Assembly: GCA_040217195.1 (NCBI GenBank)
Contig: JAVJNR010000003.1
Span: 1-64,000 of the forward strand
Reading direction: 5' to 3'
Origin: Leptospiraceae bacterium
Lineage (GTDB): Bacteria; Spirochaetota; Leptospiria; Leptospirales; Leptonemataceae
DNA: 64,000 bases
Positions 31,686-43,176 of the stretch are shown piece by piece. Position 1 is the first letter of the stretch. Each line of letters starts with the position of its first letter. The notes below the pieces were generated by a model. It did not search any database. It was given only the letters and a program-made list of their open reading frames with translations, and was not told the DNA's origin. Position numbers and translations under genes: made by a program.

Positions 31686-34202
31686 ATGTTTCGAGAAAGG
31701 GTCATTCCGGCAATCTATGTCAGTCTGGGAGTGATAATTCTACTTCTTCTCGCTCTATATGCGATCCTTATATTTCGTCTCCCTTCCTACAATGGTACTG
31801 TGCGAACCAATCGCATCAATGCAAGCGTAGAGATTTATCGCGATTCGGCAGGAATGCCTCACATTATTGCAGACAATGAACGAGATGCCTATGTGGGTCT
31901 GGGCTATGCAATGGCCCAGGATAGACTGCTTCAGATGGATCTTCTGCGAAGAGCTGCAGCAGGAAGACTTTCCGAAGTTCTGGGACCGGAACTACTAAAA
32001 ACAGACATTCTGTTTCGCACAATTACAGCACCAATTCCGGCGCAAACTATTTTCCAGAATATGCCACCGGAGATTCAGGCTGCGCTGGTTGCCTTTAGCG
32101 AAGGTATAAATCTAGCAATGGAAGAAGAATCCCTCCCGGTGGAATTTCTTTTACTGGGCTATGAGCCGGAGCCCTGGAATCCCTCGGATTCCCTGTCTGC
32201 ACTGTATATCATGTCCTGGGATTTAAGCCCGGCATTCAACCAGGAGATTCTTTACTTCCTTCTTGAGCAGAGACTGGGCTCGGAGATAGCCGGATATCTA
32301 TTCACTGCTTATCCGGACGGAGCGGCGGAAATTCTAACAGGCATGCAGGCCGGCGCCACTCCTGCTGAAGCCATAGCTGAAAATCTTGCTTCCGGTCCAT
32401 GGAGCTTCAAACCGCAACCGATGGCCACGAATAACTCCCTTTTGCTGGCACTGCAGGCCCATTCCGCATACGAAGAATTACTGGGCAGTCCAGGGGCTGG
32501 AGCTTCGAACAACTGGGTCATCGCTCCCGAAAAGTCAGCCACAGGTACAGCCATCGTTGCAAACGATATGCACCTGGGTCATGGAATACCGGGAATCTGG
32601 TATCAGGCTCATATTATCAGCCCGGAGTTGAACGTCACCGGTGTTCTCTTACCTGGAGTGCCATTCGTAATTGCAGGAGGAAATGAAAATACAGCCAGAG
32701 GTTTTACAAATGTAATGCTGGACGATATAGATTTCTACCGCGAAAGACTGGACCCGGACGATTCCAGTCGTGTAATGTATCGAAATCGCTACGTTGACAT
32801 CAAAGAGATTGATACTACATTCAATGTAAAAGGTCAGGATCCAGTTAAGCATACGATTCGAATTACACCTCATGGTCCCATAGTTACCGATCTGCACCCT
32901 CTTCTATCTTCGGATTCCGAACCTTCGCCCAATGCCAGGTCACTACTGGAAGGCGACCCGATTTCTATTCGATGGACTCTTTACGACAATACCGATGCAG
33001 CCATTGCACTATATGAGGCGAACCGGGCTCGCACCGTAGATGATCTGGAAAAGGCCCTGGAACACTTTAAGATGCCTGCACAGAACTGGGTATTCGCCGA
33101 TTCCCGGGGAAACATTGGATACAGAGCGGCCGCCGGTATACCTATTCGCCGGGGATTCAATGGAATGGGTTTACTTCGGGGCTGGGATGGTACGCAGGAA
33201 TGGTCCGGCTACGTACCCACCCGAGCGCAACCCGGTATTCGCAATCCGAAAGAAGGCTGGATTGCCTCTGCAAACAACAGGCACTCCAGAACCTATCCCT
33301 ATACCATCAGTAACTACTATGCAACCCCGGACCGATATCAAAGAATACAACAACTTCTCAGTAGCACCGATGGACTGGACCTGAAGGATCATCAACGTTT
33401 ACAGCTGGACGTTTTTAATTTTCAGGCCCGCACTTTAATGCCCTATATCCGAAGAGCTTTGAATCGACCCATGGAAGCTACTGATAATCGTCCCATGGAT
33501 CGTCACCTGGAAGAAGCTAGAAACCTGCTACTTGACTGGAATCTGCAGAATGATCGAACCTCTTCAGGTGCTGTAATCTATCATTATTTCATCCTGGCCC
33601 TGGTTCATGATCTTTTTGAGCCTGTAATTGGAACGGAACTCTTCCCTTATTACGCCAGGAATCGTTACACACTTTTCAATACATTGCAGGTTACGTTACG
33701 AAATGCTTTTCATCCATTTTATACGGTAGATGGAAAAGACCTGAACCGGGATGCATTCATACGCCGTTCCTTTCGCAATGGCATGGAAGCTCTTATGGAA
33801 GCGCATGGGGGTACCGGTGTGCAATGGAAAGATGTGCAATCCCTGGTATACAAACATCCGTTTGGACGTAAATCGGGTCTTCTGGGCTATTTCTTCAATC
33901 GCGGCCCTTATTCCGTAAATGGAAGCTGGACTACCGTGGCACCTGCAGGATTTGACATTCAGACCTGGCCTCAGAATACCTACAGTGTAACTCATGGTGC
34001 CTCCCAGCGTATGATCTATGATACAGGTAATCCGGATGCTTCTGTAACCACATTGCCTTCTGGAATAAGCGGTCAATTCCTGAGCCCTCATTATGATGAT
34101 CAGATCGAAAACTACATTAATGGCCGGTACCGTCCGTCCCCTCTGAGCGAAGAAGGCGCCATCCAGTCCTCCAATTATCGTTTAACCCTGGAGCCAGAGT
34201 AG
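31686..34202 (+). CDS. penicillin acylase family (S45) Ntn-hydrolase, membrane anchored
   Basis: RDSAGMPHI, AQDRLLQMDL, SNNW nucleophile, ANDMHL, SPHYDDQ. Confidence 0.92.
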   Translation: MFRERVIPAIYVSLGVIILLLLALYAILIFRLPSYNGTVRTNRINASVEIYRDSAGMPHIIADNERDAYVGLGYAMAQDRLLQMDLLRRAAAGRLSEVLGPELLKTDILFRTITAPIPAQTIFQNMPPEIQAALVAFSEGINLAMEEESLPVEFLLLGYEPEPWNPSDSLSALYIMSWDLSPAFNQEILYFLLEQRLGSEIAGYLFTAYPDGAAEILTGMQAGATPAEAIAENLASGPWSFKPQPMATNNSLLLALQAHSAYEELLGSPGAGASNNWVIAPEKSATGTAIVANDMHLGHGIPGIWYQAHIISPELNVTGVLLPGVPFVIAGGNENTARGFTNVMLDDIDFYRERLDPDDSSRVMYRNRYVDIKEIDTTFNVKGQDPVKHTIRITPHGPIVTDLHPLLSSDSEPSPNARSLLEGDPISIRWTLYDNTDAAIALYEANRARTVDDLEKALEHFKMPAQNWVFADSRGNIGYRAAAGIPIRRGFNGMGLLRGWDGTQEWSGYVPTRAQPGIRNPKEGWIASANNRHSRTYPYTISNYYATPDRYQRIQQLLSSTDGLDLKDHQRLQLDVFNFQARTLMPYIRRALNRPMEATDNRPMDRHLEEARNLLLDWNLQNDRTSSGAVIYHYFILALVHDLFEPVIGTELFPYYARNRYTLFNTLQVTLRNAFHPFYTVDGKDLNRDAFIRRSFRNGMEALMEAHGGTGVQWKDVQSLVYKHPFGRKSGLLGYFFNRGPYSVNGSWTTVAPAGFDIQTWPQNTYSVTHGASQRMIYDTGNPDASVTTLPSGISGQFLSPHYDDQIENYINGRYRPSPLSEEGAIQSSNYRLTLEPE

Positions 34203-34307
34203 AATCCAGCCCATTGGGCCAAAAATCCGGAAAATGAAGCTACGCAGATTCTGCTGTAAAAATCTCCATCTGTTTGACACCCATCATCGCAACTGCATTT
34301 TGCGAAT

Positions 34308-35054
34308 GTGAGATTGGCTGGATTTTCTGAACCAGGCTTCGTAAGAAATCGAAACGAAGATGCGGCTTTACTAGGAGACAGGATTATCCAGGACGATGCT
34401 CCCAGGCAGATACTGGAACTTGAAGGAGAATTCCCCTGGGTGGCCGTGGCCGATGGTCTGGGTGGACATCCGGCGGGCAATCTTGCAAGCGCAACTTTGC
34501 TTCAGAGCCTCACTTCTTCCGGCCAGCCCTTTCATGAAAAATCCAACCTGAACGAGCTTTCTATATTCTTATCCGAAGCGTTGAGGGTGAAGGCCAGGGA
34601 AAAATGGGGAGCCGATGGAATGGCCTCCACTCTCACCGCCTTTTATTGCACGGAAAGCCAGGTGTTTCTGATTCATTGCGGAGATTGCCGGGCCTATAGA
34701 ATATCTGATGCCGGAAAATCGCTTATAAGTACAGATCATACCCTGGTTTTTCAAAATTTTCTACGCGGAGAACTGGACCTGGAACAGGTGCGCGCACATC
34801 CTATGAAAAACCGATTGCTACAATGCATCCAGGCAAAAGAAGAAATAGCAGATCTGGAACTTCATACCGTGGAGAGAAAGCCGGGCATGCGATTGCTACT
34901 GGCCACCGATGGGATCTGGGAATCCATGCCCAACCATCAACTACTGGATCTGGTGCAGAATGGGGAACTAAAACAGTGCTGCGAAAATGTTCGCCAGTTG
35001 TATTATGATTCCGGAGCCAGAGACAATGGATCTATGATATTGCTGGAATTTTGA
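34308..35054 (+). CDS. PP2C-family Ser/Thr phosphatase
   Basis: RNRNED, VADGLGGH, HCGDCRAY, LATDG, DN motifs. Confidence 0.9.
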   Translation: MRLAGFSEPGFVRNRNEDAALLGDRIIQDDAPRQILELEGEFPWVAVADGLGGHPAGNLASATLLQSLTSSGQPFHEKSNLNELSIFLSEALRVKAREKWGADGMASTLTAFYCTESQVFLIHCGDCRAYRISDAGKSLISTDHTLVFQNFLRGELDLEQVRAHPMKNRLLQCIQAKEEIADLELHTVERKPGMRLLLATDGIWESMPNHQLLDLVQNGELKQCCENVRQLYYDSGARDNGSMILLEF

Positions 35055-35620
35055 AACAATGCATTCCAGACTGTAACAGAAACCTTTTCCATCCCGGCCG
35101 CATTGGGATGCACTCCATCGGCCAAACAATATTCAGGTTGAAGCATCACTCCCTGGAGAAAAAAGGGTAGTAGTTCTATTTCCATTTCCTTTACCAGTCG
35201 AGGAAAAATGGATTCAAAATCCGTAGCCAGCTTTGCACCCATGCCCGGAATAGAGGGAAACTCCACCACAAAGATTCTCATAGAGGAATTAGTGCTGCGA
35301 GCCTCTTCAATAATCTTCTTAAAGTAGCTATACGCAAATTCCGGACTGATTTGATTGAATAGATCGTTTGCTCCCAGAAAAACAACCAGAACCTCTACAT
35401 TCGAATGTCTCTTTAGCAGGGGAGCCAGCCTGTAAAATGCATCCATGGTAGTATCGCCGCTGATGCCACCATTGATAATCTGCCAGGGAGAATTCTGGCC
35501 CAGCTTAGCTTCAATCAAAGATGGATAGGACTGTTCTGGTAGTAAGCCAAACCCCTCAGTGAAGCTATCTCCCAGAAAGAGTATGCCTCGTTTCCTTAAT
35601 TCTTTATCTGATGGGCGCAA
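35003..35620 (-). CDS. GDSL/SGNH arylesterase
   Basis: GDSFTEG, NGGISGDTT, LGAND, DGVHPN. Confidence 0.9.
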   Translation of the reverse strand: MRPSDKELRKRGILFLGDSFTEGFGLLPEQSYPSLIEAKLGQNSPWQIINGGISGDTTMDAFYRLAPLLKRHSNVEVLVVFLGANDLFNQISPEFAYSYFKKIIEEARSTNSSMRIFVVEFPSIPGMGAKLATDFESIFPRLVKEMEIELLPFFLQGVMLQPEYCLADGVHPNAAGMEKVSVTVWNALFQNSSNIIDPLSLAPES

Positions 35621-35653
35621 AACTTACGATTTAAATCCGCCAGGATCCCACTA

Positions 35654-35896
35654 TCAGGAAGCTTCCAGAATGGCCAGTGTATCTCCAACCTTCACCGACT
35701 CCCCGGACTTCTTAAGGATGCTTTTAAGGGTTCCGGACTCCGGACACTCCAGGGGAAAAGCTGCTTTATCCGTTACCAGTTCGCACAACTCCTGGTTTTC
35801 ACTGACGCTGGCCCCTTCCTCTACATTCCAGGAGACCACTTCAATTTTTTCTGCATCGCCAATATCTGGCACCATCAGGGGAATTTCACGAGCCAT
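35654..35896 (-). CDS. stand-alone lipoyl-domain protein
   Basis: 80 aa, ELVTDKA lipoyl-lysine motif, GESVKVGDTLA. Confidence 0.85.
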   Translation of the reverse strand: MAREIPLMVPDIGDAEKIEVVSWNVEEGASVSENQELCELVTDKAAFPLECPESGTLKSILKKSGESVKVGDTLAILEAS

Positions 35897-35985
35897 AGAA
35901 CGATCCCGTCGAAACCAGATTCATTTGCAACAGCAAAAATCCGATTCCCATTGATTTCTTTCTCAATACTGATTATTTTGGTACC

Positions 35986-36969
35986 ATGGATCGACTCCCA
36001 GTGCCCACCGATGAAGAATTGAGAAATACCCTTTCGGCCACCATGATGCCTCATGATCTGGAACAGGCCTTGCCTTTGATTCATGAAATCAATGATCTGA
36101 AAAAGCAAAAGAATGCAGTCATCCTGGGGCATAACTATATGACCCCTGATGTCTACCATGGAGTCAGCGATTACGTGGGCGATTCTCTGGGTCTGGCAAG
36201 GTTGTCTGCAGAAACTACGGCGGAGATTATCCTGTTTAACGGTGTCCACTTCATGGCGGAGACTGCCAAAGTTCTGAACCCGCAACGCAAAGTACTGATC
36301 GCAGACCTGGAAGCCGGTTGCTCTCTGGCAGAAAGCATTACTAGAAAGGACGTACAGGAGCTAAAAAAGAAGTTTCCTGGTGTTCCTGTGGTTACCTACG
36401 TTAACTGCTCTGCAGAAGTTAAGGCAGAAACGGACATCTGTTGCACCAGCGCCAATGCATTGAAGGTAATCGAAAGCCTGCCAGATGATACAATCATATT
36501 CTTACCGGATGCATACCTGGCGAAGAACATGCAGCTAAAAACCAAGAAGCGACTTATCGCCTGGGAAAATGGAAAATGCATGGTTCATGAGTTGTATTCT
36601 GGCGACGATGTTCGAGATATGCGCCGTCAGTTTCCAGACCTGGTGGTTATCAGCCATCCGGAATGCGATACAGATGTAACTGAAGCATCGGACTTTGCAG
36701 GATCCACATCTCAAATGGAGGACTTTATTCGAAACAGCAAAGAACAAAACATTATGCTATTAACCGAATGCTCCATGGGCGATAACCTGAGACATAAGTT
36801 TCCAGACCGACATTTCATTTCCACGTGTCATACCTGTCCGCATATGAAGAAGATTACTCTTACCAAAGTGCGGGATGCGCTGCTAAAAGAACAATTTCAG
36901 ATTGAACTGAGTCAGGAAATCATTGATAAGGCCCGCAAATCCGTGGAACGGATGATTGAGATCGGATAA
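35986..36969 (+). CDS. nadA: quinolinate synthase
   Basis: [39 protein letters not shown]. Confidence 0.96.
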   Translation: MDRLPVPTDEELRNTLSATMMPHDLEQALPLIHEINDLKKQKNAVILGHNYMTPDVYHGVSDYVGDSLGLARLSAETTAEIILFNGVHFMAETAKVLNPQRKVLIADLEAGCSLAESITRKDVQELKKKFPGVPVVTYVNCSAEVKAETDICCTSANALKVIESLPDDTIIFLPDAYLAKNMQLKTKKRLIAWENGKCMVHELYSGDDVRDMRRQFPDLVVISHPECDTDVTEASDFAGSTSQMEDFIRNSKEQNIMLLTECSMGDNLRHKFPDRHFISTCHTCPHMKKITLTKVRDALLKEQFQIELSQEIIDKARKSVERMIEIG

Positions 36970-37192
36970 TCATCCGGCCGCCGTGCCCGACAACTGGCAA
37001 ATCCCTGGAAATGGCCTGGCCACTTATTTCTTCAGTCAGAGACGTAGTAAGGGTACTGAAGTAGAAAAGGGTATTGCAGAAAGATATTGCATCAGCCCGG
37101 CATTCATTTGAGATTGCCCGCACCCGCCGCAACAGTATCCTCCGGACCTTTAAGCCGGAATACAGCGGTAGCCATCGGATCAGGAAGACCAA

Positions 37193-39940
37193 ATGGAACA
37201 AATCAAAAAATACACCGTACCAATTGCTATCGGGATTGGTCTGCTGATATTACTATCTTTTAGCACTATCAGTAACTACTACCTGGATTTACAGTGGTTC
37301 AAGTCACAAAACCAGGGTGGACTCTTCTTCACCTATTTCTGGCTAAACCTGCTTCCATTCATTTGCGGGTTTTTGCTTGCTCTACTGTTCTATCTACCGG
37401 TTTACAAGTTCAATACAAAGAGCCTTCGCTTACTATTCTCCGAAGGGCTTTTTACAAAGGGATGGAATTATCTATTCGCCGCCATTCCCTTTGCAGCTGC
37501 CTTTCTGTTCCATGGTCCATCTGCAGTCACCCTTTCCGATTCCATTCCTCTTTTCTTCTATGGCGCGGAAGCAGGCATAAGCGATCCAGTGCTTGGAGTA
37601 GATGTTAGCTTTTACATGTTCGACCTTCCTTTCTACAAAGGAATCATTCATTATTTTCAGATACTGTTTATCGCACTGTTTATATATAGCGCGGCCATGT
37701 TCTATCTTCCAGTGCAGGCAGCCGGGATTTCAGGAAAGCTGAACTACAAAGATGCCTTGATTTTTCGCATTACTGTTCTGGGCTCCATCCTGGGTACTCT
37801 ATTTCTTGGTGTGCTTGCCATTGATTTCTGGCTGGATAGCTATGAACTAATCACTTCCGGGACTTCCAGTACTGTTGCCGGCGCAGCCTACACGGATGCA
37901 AACTTTACTCTTTATGGTTACCGGGTATTGTCCGTCATATCCGGCCTGGCGGCACTTGTTACTCTGTTTGCATTATTTCGCAAATCCTATAAAACCGCGG
38001 GCATTGCCGTTGCTTCTGTATTTGTACTCTATCTGGTAGGCGTCCGATTGGTTCCCTTCCTGATTCAATCTCTCCAGGTGAATCCAAATGAATTAACCAT
38101 GGAGGAGGAGTACATCAAGCACAGTATTGCATTCACCAGAAAAGGCTACGGACTGGACAAAGTTCAACGAAGTAACTTTGAGCCAGGTCAGGGCATTGAT
38201 CCTCAAACCGTTCAGAGAAATCAGGAGCTAATTTCAAATATTCGCCTCTGGGATTACCGTCCGCTGAAAGCTACTTTCAAACAACTGCAAGAAATTCGAC
38301 CCTATTATGAGTTTGCAGATGTGGATGTGGATCGCTATCGGATCAACGGACAACTGCGACAGGTAATGCTCAGCGCGCGAGAACTGAATGCTTCGGAACT
38401 TTCTCCTCACGTTCAGAAAAACTGGATTCCAATGAAATTACAGTACACCCATGGATATGGTGTGGTAATGAGCCCTACCAATCGTGTAACGGAAGATGGC
38501 TTGCCAGAACTCTGGATTAAGAATTTTCCACCGGAAATCAAACAGGAAGGATTGCCGGAATTCAAAGAACCAAGAATTTACTACGGAGAAATCCAGGAAA
38601 GCTACGTAGTAGTCAATACCGGGATGAATGAAATCGATTATCCAGCAGGTCAGGAGTTTGCTGAAACCAGGTACGCAGGAAAGGGCGGAATCCCTCTTGG
38701 ATCCGGATTACACCGACTTTTGATTTCCTGGCCATTCGATACTTACAAGCTACTCACTGCGGACGCTGTAAAGAGCGACAGTCGGCTACTGATCCGTCGA
38801 AACATTCATGAGGCTGTGCGAAGACTGGCTCCATTTCTGGAGTTCGATGAAGATGCCTATCCGGTGATTGGAAAGGATGGAAAGCTGTACTGGATTCTCG
38901 ATGCGTATACCGTTTCCAGCAGGTATCCTTACAGTGCACGTATTAATCCGGAATTCCTGGCCTCTCTCTCCAACCGACTAAACCTACGAAAGTTTGGTGG
39001 AATAAATTACATTCGCAATTCTGTAAAGGTGATCATCGATGCCTATTCCGGTGAAGTAAAGATGTATGCCATTGATGGTGAGGACCCGGTGCTGGCTGCC
39101 TATAAAAAGTTCCTTCCCGAGTTGATACAACCGATGGCAGAGTTTCCCGAGTTTCTAAAAGCTCACCTTCGTTATCCGGAAGCCATCTTCATGATCCAGG
39201 CCTCTATTTATACGGATTATCACATGGAAGACCCCCAGGTTTTCTATAACCGGGAAGACCGCTGGGAAATTTCCCAGGAACTGTATGACTCGAACAAGCA
39301 ATTGGTGGAACCGTACTACGCAATCATCAAACTTCCAGGCGAAAAAGAACCGGAAACTGTGATCATGCTTCCATTCATACCAAAGAACAAACAAAACCTG
39401 GTTTCCTGGATGGGAGTCCGATGCGATGTAGATCGAGGTCTGGGAGAAATCCTGGTGTTCGATTTTCCAAGGTCCCGCCAGATCTATGGCCCAATGCAGA
39501 TTGAAGCCAGGATTGATCAGGATGCAGAAATATCGCCTCAGATATCTCTCTGGGATCAACAGGGCTCTTCCGTGATTCGAGGTAACCTGCTGGTATTGCC
39601 CATAGAAAACGAACTGGTATATGTGGAACCGCTGTATCTTCAATCGAATGAAAGCCCTTTTCCAGAACTAAAACGAGTGATCGTGGCCAGCGGTACAAAC
39701 ATTGCCATGCGAAACACTCTGCAAGAGGCCATTGAAGCAGTGGCCCGAAATAGGACTGGCACAACAAAGCCAGGAGCAGAAAATGCGCCGTCCACCGCTG
39801 TGGATCCCAAACAACTGGTTCGTCAGGCCCGGGAAGCATTGAGACAGGCCAAATCGGCTGCAGGCAAAGGCGATTGGAAAATGTTTGGTCAATTCATGGA
39901 TGAGCTGGAAAGCACCCTGGATCGAATTCCAACCAATTAA
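37193..39940 (+). CDS. UPF0182 family membrane protein
   Basis: N-terminal TMs; [49 protein letters not shown]. Confidence 0.93.
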   Translation: MEQIKKYTVPIAIGIGLLILLSFSTISNYYLDLQWFKSQNQGGLFFTYFWLNLLPFICGFLLALLFYLPVYKFNTKSLRLLFSEGLFTKGWNYLFAAIPFAAAFLFHGPSAVTLSDSIPLFFYGAEAGISDPVLGVDVSFYMFDLPFYKGIIHYFQILFIALFIYSAAMFYLPVQAAGISGKLNYKDALIFRITVLGSILGTLFLGVLAIDFWLDSYELITSGTSSTVAGAAYTDANFTLYGYRVLSVISGLAALVTLFALFRKSYKTAGIAVASVFVLYLVGVRLVPFLIQSLQVNPNELTMEEEYIKHSIAFTRKGYGLDKVQRSNFEPGQGIDPQTVQRNQELISNIRLWDYRPLKATFKQLQEIRPYYEFADVDVDRYRINGQLRQVMLSARELNASELSPHVQKNWIPMKLQYTHGYGVVMSPTNRVTEDGLPELWIKNFPPEIKQEGLPEFKEPRIYYGEIQESYVVVNTGMNEIDYPAGQEFAETRYAGKGGIPLGSGLHRLLISWPFDTYKLLTADAVKSDSRLLIRRNIHEAVRRLAPFLEFDEDAYPVIGKDGKLYWILDAYTVSSRYPYSARINPEFLASLSNRLNLRKFGGINYIRNSVKVIIDAYSGEVKMYAIDGEDPVLAAYKKFLPELIQPMAEFPEFLKAHLRYPEAIFMIQASIYTDYHMEDPQVFYNREDRWEISQELYDSNKQLVEPYYAIIKLPGEKEPETVIMLPFIPKNKQNLVSWMGVRCDVDRGLGEILVFDFPRSRQIYGPMQIEARIDQDAEISPQISLWDQQGSSVIRGNLLVLPIENELVYVEPLYLQSNESPFPELKRVIVASGTNIAMRNTLQEAIEAVARNRTGTTKPGAENAPSTAVDPKQLVRQAREALRQAKSAAGKGDWKMFGQFMDELESTLDRIPTN

Positions 39941-39946
39941 GCACAG

Positions 39947-39978
39947 AAACTCCCGAATGGAATTTCATTCGGGAGTTT
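39947..39978 (+). terminator. stem-loop, probable terminator
   Basis: 13-bp stem AAACTCCCGAATG / CATTCGGGAGTTT right after the stop. Confidence 0.65.
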
Positions 39979-40014
39979 GTCGACACAATCCGCCGGTGCC
40001 GGAATTACAGTACC

Positions 40015-40503
40015 ATGGATTTTCGCATTGGTCAGGGCATAGATTTCCATCGATTAATTGAAGATCAGAATCGGCCATTGATGCTGGGAGGAGTGGAAAT
40101 TCAAGGCCAGCTAGCCTTGAAAGGTCACAGTGATGCAGACGTAATCCTGCATGCAATTACAGATGCCATTCTGGGTGCCCTGGCTCTGGGAGATCTGGGA
40201 GAATTCTTTCCGGATACAGACCCGGCTCTAAAAGATGCCGATTCCAGCGTCCTTCTGGCCACAGTGCTCAAGGAAATGAACAGCCGTGGCTACAGAGTTA
40301 ACAATGTGGACCTTACTGTGATGGGAGAAAGACCAAAACTGGCCCCGCATCGATCCATGATCAAAAAAAAAGTGGCGTCCTTGCTTGCAATTGCGGAAGA
40401 AAGCACAGGAATCAAAGCTACAACTACGGAAAAAATGGGTTTCCTGGGTCGTGCGGAAGGACTGGGTTGTATGGCAGTGATTCTACTGGCAAAGCAAGAT
40501 TAG
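40015..40503 (+). CDS. ispF: 2-C-methyl-D-erythritol 2,4-cyclodiphosphate synthase
   Basis: [27 protein letters not shown]. Confidence 0.96.
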   Translation: MDFRIGQGIDFHRLIEDQNRPLMLGGVEIQGQLALKGHSDADVILHAITDAILGALALGDLGEFFPDTDPALKDADSSVLLATVLKEMNSRGYRVNNVDLTVMGERPKLAPHRSMIKKKVASLLAIAEESTGIKATTTEKMGFLGRAEGLGCMAVILLAKQD

Positions 40504-40531
40504 ATATAAGGGCCTTGCCGGCACCGGGCTA

Positions 40532-42739
40532 ATGCGAAATAAATCTGCGAACCTGAATCTAGCACTATTGGCGCTTCTGAGCCTGGTCCACTGCAGTCCC
40601 GGTCAGTCTTTCCCAGAAGTGGACCTTAATCAATATGAGGCCCGGGTAACTCTGGGCCTGGTCTCTCCGGGTTCACGGGAGACTCAGCATACCTGGTTCA
40701 CTGTCCCCCCTGCTTCTGGCACTCAGCGAGCCCTGCGAATGCATTCTCTCCACCTTCCAGGAATGCCTGAACGATCATCGGTACAGCTCCGGGATTTACC
40801 CATGGAAGATTTTTCCATGGAAATCTGTTTTCCTCTAAACAAGAACCAATTGGAGCACTTTACCTCCCCCGCCCTGCGTCTGGCCCACATTGGGGAGAAA
40901 TGGGCCATCTATCTAAATGGAAACAAAGTATTTAGCAACCTGAATGTGGCGGAATCCAGAAGCCGCCGGGCCCTGGTGTACCCGCTGGACATCAGGCACC
41001 TTCTACCAGGTGAGAATTGTCTTTTGTTTCACTTTCGCGGCGATCCGGTTAACCTGGAAACCGGTCTTTATTATGGCGGCCCCTACAAGGTGGTGGAGTA
41101 CCAGACCATACTGGCCAACAAGTCCCAGTCCCTGGAACTGGCTTTGATCAGCATCTATCTGGCAATCGGACTCTTCCATACCCTTTTCTTCCTCCAGAAG
41201 AAAAGGGATCGGTACAATGTGTATTTCGGTCTCTTTTCAATTTTTATGGCTGCGTGGCTTTATTCAAGCTCACCGCTAATCTATGAATTGCTTCCACAGT
41301 ATGCCATTACTCTTCGCATTGAGCTACTATCTCTATTCCTGCTGTTGCCATCTTTCGGTTCTTTCATTCAGGCAGCCCAGGGTGGATTACATTCCTGGTT
41401 TCTACGTGCTCTGTGGATCAGTCATGGAATCTTCATAGCTGCTCTATTGTGGCCTTCGGTAAACTTTATCCAGGATCTAATCACATTCTGGAGAATCCTG
41501 GCTATTTTGATACTGATCTACTTTCTGATCGCTATTCCGGCTCGTTTCTGGCGCTACGTTCGGCTATTTCGAATACGATATGGCATGCCAGAATCTTTCA
41601 AGAAAGCAATATTAAATACGGTGCCCGGTAACCTTCTTGTAGGAACCATTCTAGTGGCCATCGCCGGCATTCTGGACATTGTCAATGCATCCCAGGGAAG
41701 AGGAAATCAGGGAATCATAGGGTACGTATTTCTGATTTTTGTGGGTGGATCAGCACTGCGAATTGCCAACCGGTTATTCTTTCTCAATGAAATGGTGGAG
41801 AACCTGAACCGAAAGCTCAGGAATAATCTGGCTGCATTAAATCGAACCAACTCCAGACTTCGCATTTCTGAACGCAGATATCGCCACCTGATCGATGGCT
41901 CCAGGGATGTAATACTATCCCTTAATTCCGACGGAGTAATCCTTCTGGCCAGCCGGGCTTCTCGACTTGAGCTGGGAATTGGTCCGGAGGATCTGGAAGG
42001 CCGACCCATCGAATCACTGATTCATAGTGATCCATCCGATCAGTACAGGACTCTGGAATTCTTTCGGGAGCGATTCGAGGTGTTTCGCAAAGAAAAAGAA
42101 AGCCTGCAGATGAAAATTCCGGTTCGCAGCAGGAATGAATCACAGCCGGCTCTCTTTCAGCTAACCCTTCAGAAAATGCAGGGAGATGAGGACTGGGAAA
42201 TCCTGGGGCGGCTCATGCCGCTGAAAGAAGACTATCTACTCCAATTTCTGCAAAAAGAGCAGCTCACATTTAATCTTGGAAATGAACTAATTGCTGTGGA
42301 AGAGCTCTCTCAGAGATTGGTGCGAAATCTGCCCAGGTATATTGATATTTCGCAAACCGCAATGATTCGCATTGGTTTGCGGGAAATTCTAATTAATGCA
42401 ATTGAGCATGGAAATCTGGCGATTACGTTCGAAGAAAAGAGCCAGGAACTCACAGCAGGAAATTACAGCGAATTCATTGCGTTGCGACAGGGCGATCCAC
42501 GCTACAGGGAGCGAACCGTCACCGTGGATTACAATCTTGATGCCAATGGCGTCATTTACAGGATTCAAGACCAGGGAGTGGGCTTCGACCATGCAAGCCT
42601 GGGCAAAAAATTATCAGTTTCCGAAAGCGAGGCATTGCCGCTTCATGGTCGAGGAATCCTCATTACCCGGAACGCATTTGACCTTGTGGAGTACAATGAT
42701 AGGGGCAATGAGGTGAGGCTACTGAAATACTTTCGGTAA
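40532..42739 (+). CDS. 7TM-DISM sensor with PAS and RsbW-like GHKL ATPase domain
   Basis: Extracellular domain, about 7 TM helices, coiled coil, SERRYRHLID PAS start, EILINAIEHGN, DQGVGFD, HGRG. Confidence 0.8.
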   Translation: MRNKSANLNLALLALLSLVHCSPGQSFPEVDLNQYEARVTLGLVSPGSRETQHTWFTVPPASGTQRALRMHSLHLPGMPERSSVQLRDLPMEDFSMEICFPLNKNQLEHFTSPALRLAHIGEKWAIYLNGNKVFSNLNVAESRSRRALVYPLDIRHLLPGENCLLFHFRGDPVNLETGLYYGGPYKVVEYQTILANKSQSLELALISIYLAIGLFHTLFFLQKKRDRYNVYFGLFSIFMAAWLYSSSPLIYELLPQYAITLRIELLSLFLLLPSFGSFIQAAQGGLHSWFLRALWISHGIFIAALLWPSVNFIQDLITFWRILAILILIYFLIAIPARFWRYVRLFRIRYGMPESFKKAILNTVPGNLLVGTILVAIAGILDIVNASQGRGNQGIIGYVFLIFVGGSALRIANRLFFLNEMVENLNRKLRNNLAALNRTNSRLRISERRYRHLIDGSRDVILSLNSDGVILLASRASRLELGIGPEDLEGRPIESLIHSDPSDQYRTLEFFRERFEVFRKEKESLQMKIPVRSRNESQPALFQLTLQKMQGDEDWEILGRLMPLKEDYLLQFLQKEQLTFNLGNELIAVEELSQRLVRNLPRYIDISQTAMIRIGLREILINAIEHGNLAITFEEKSQELTAGNYSEFIALRQGDPRYRERTVTVDYNLDANGVIYRIQDQGVGFDHASLGKKLSVSESEALPLHGRGILITRNAFDLVEYNDRGNEVRLLKYFR

Positions 42740-42742
42740 TCG

Positions 42743-43111
42743 ATGGCAGCCCCAAAAACGGCCCATAGGTATCAGGGCCACATGGAGAGTATCATCATGG
42801 AAATGAGACAGAAAAATACGCTTAAGAGCCCACAAACCCAGAGCCATGAATGGACCTTTTTGAGTAATCACTTACACGTACTACTCTGTCTCTACAGAGA
42901 TCCAGACATGAGACTGCGAGATGTGGCGCAGAGAGTCAATATCACTGAAAGGGCCGTACAGGGAATTGTTCTGGATCTGGAAGAAGCTGGAGTACTACGG
43001 CGAATCAAGCAGGGTCGCAGAAATCGCTACGAGATCTACCTGGACCGTAAGCTGCGACATTCTCTGGAGGAGCATGTGGCCGTCGGTAAACTCCTGGAAC
43101 TCTTGAAGTAA
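42743..43111 (+). CDS. winged-helix transcriptional regulator
   Basis: WTFLSNHLHVLLCL, LRDVAQRVNITERAVQ, GRRNRY. Confidence 0.88.
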   Translation: MAAPKTAHRYQGHMESIIMEMRQKNTLKSPQTQSHEWTFLSNHLHVLLCLYRDPDMRLRDVAQRVNITERAVQGIVLDLEEAGVLRRIKQGRRNRYEIYLDRKLRHSLEEHVAVGKLLELLK

Positions 43112-43176
43112 GGAAAAGCAATTCCCGGCAATAGAAAAGGCCGTGCCCACTGGCTTCCTAAATCGTCTATTGAAGT

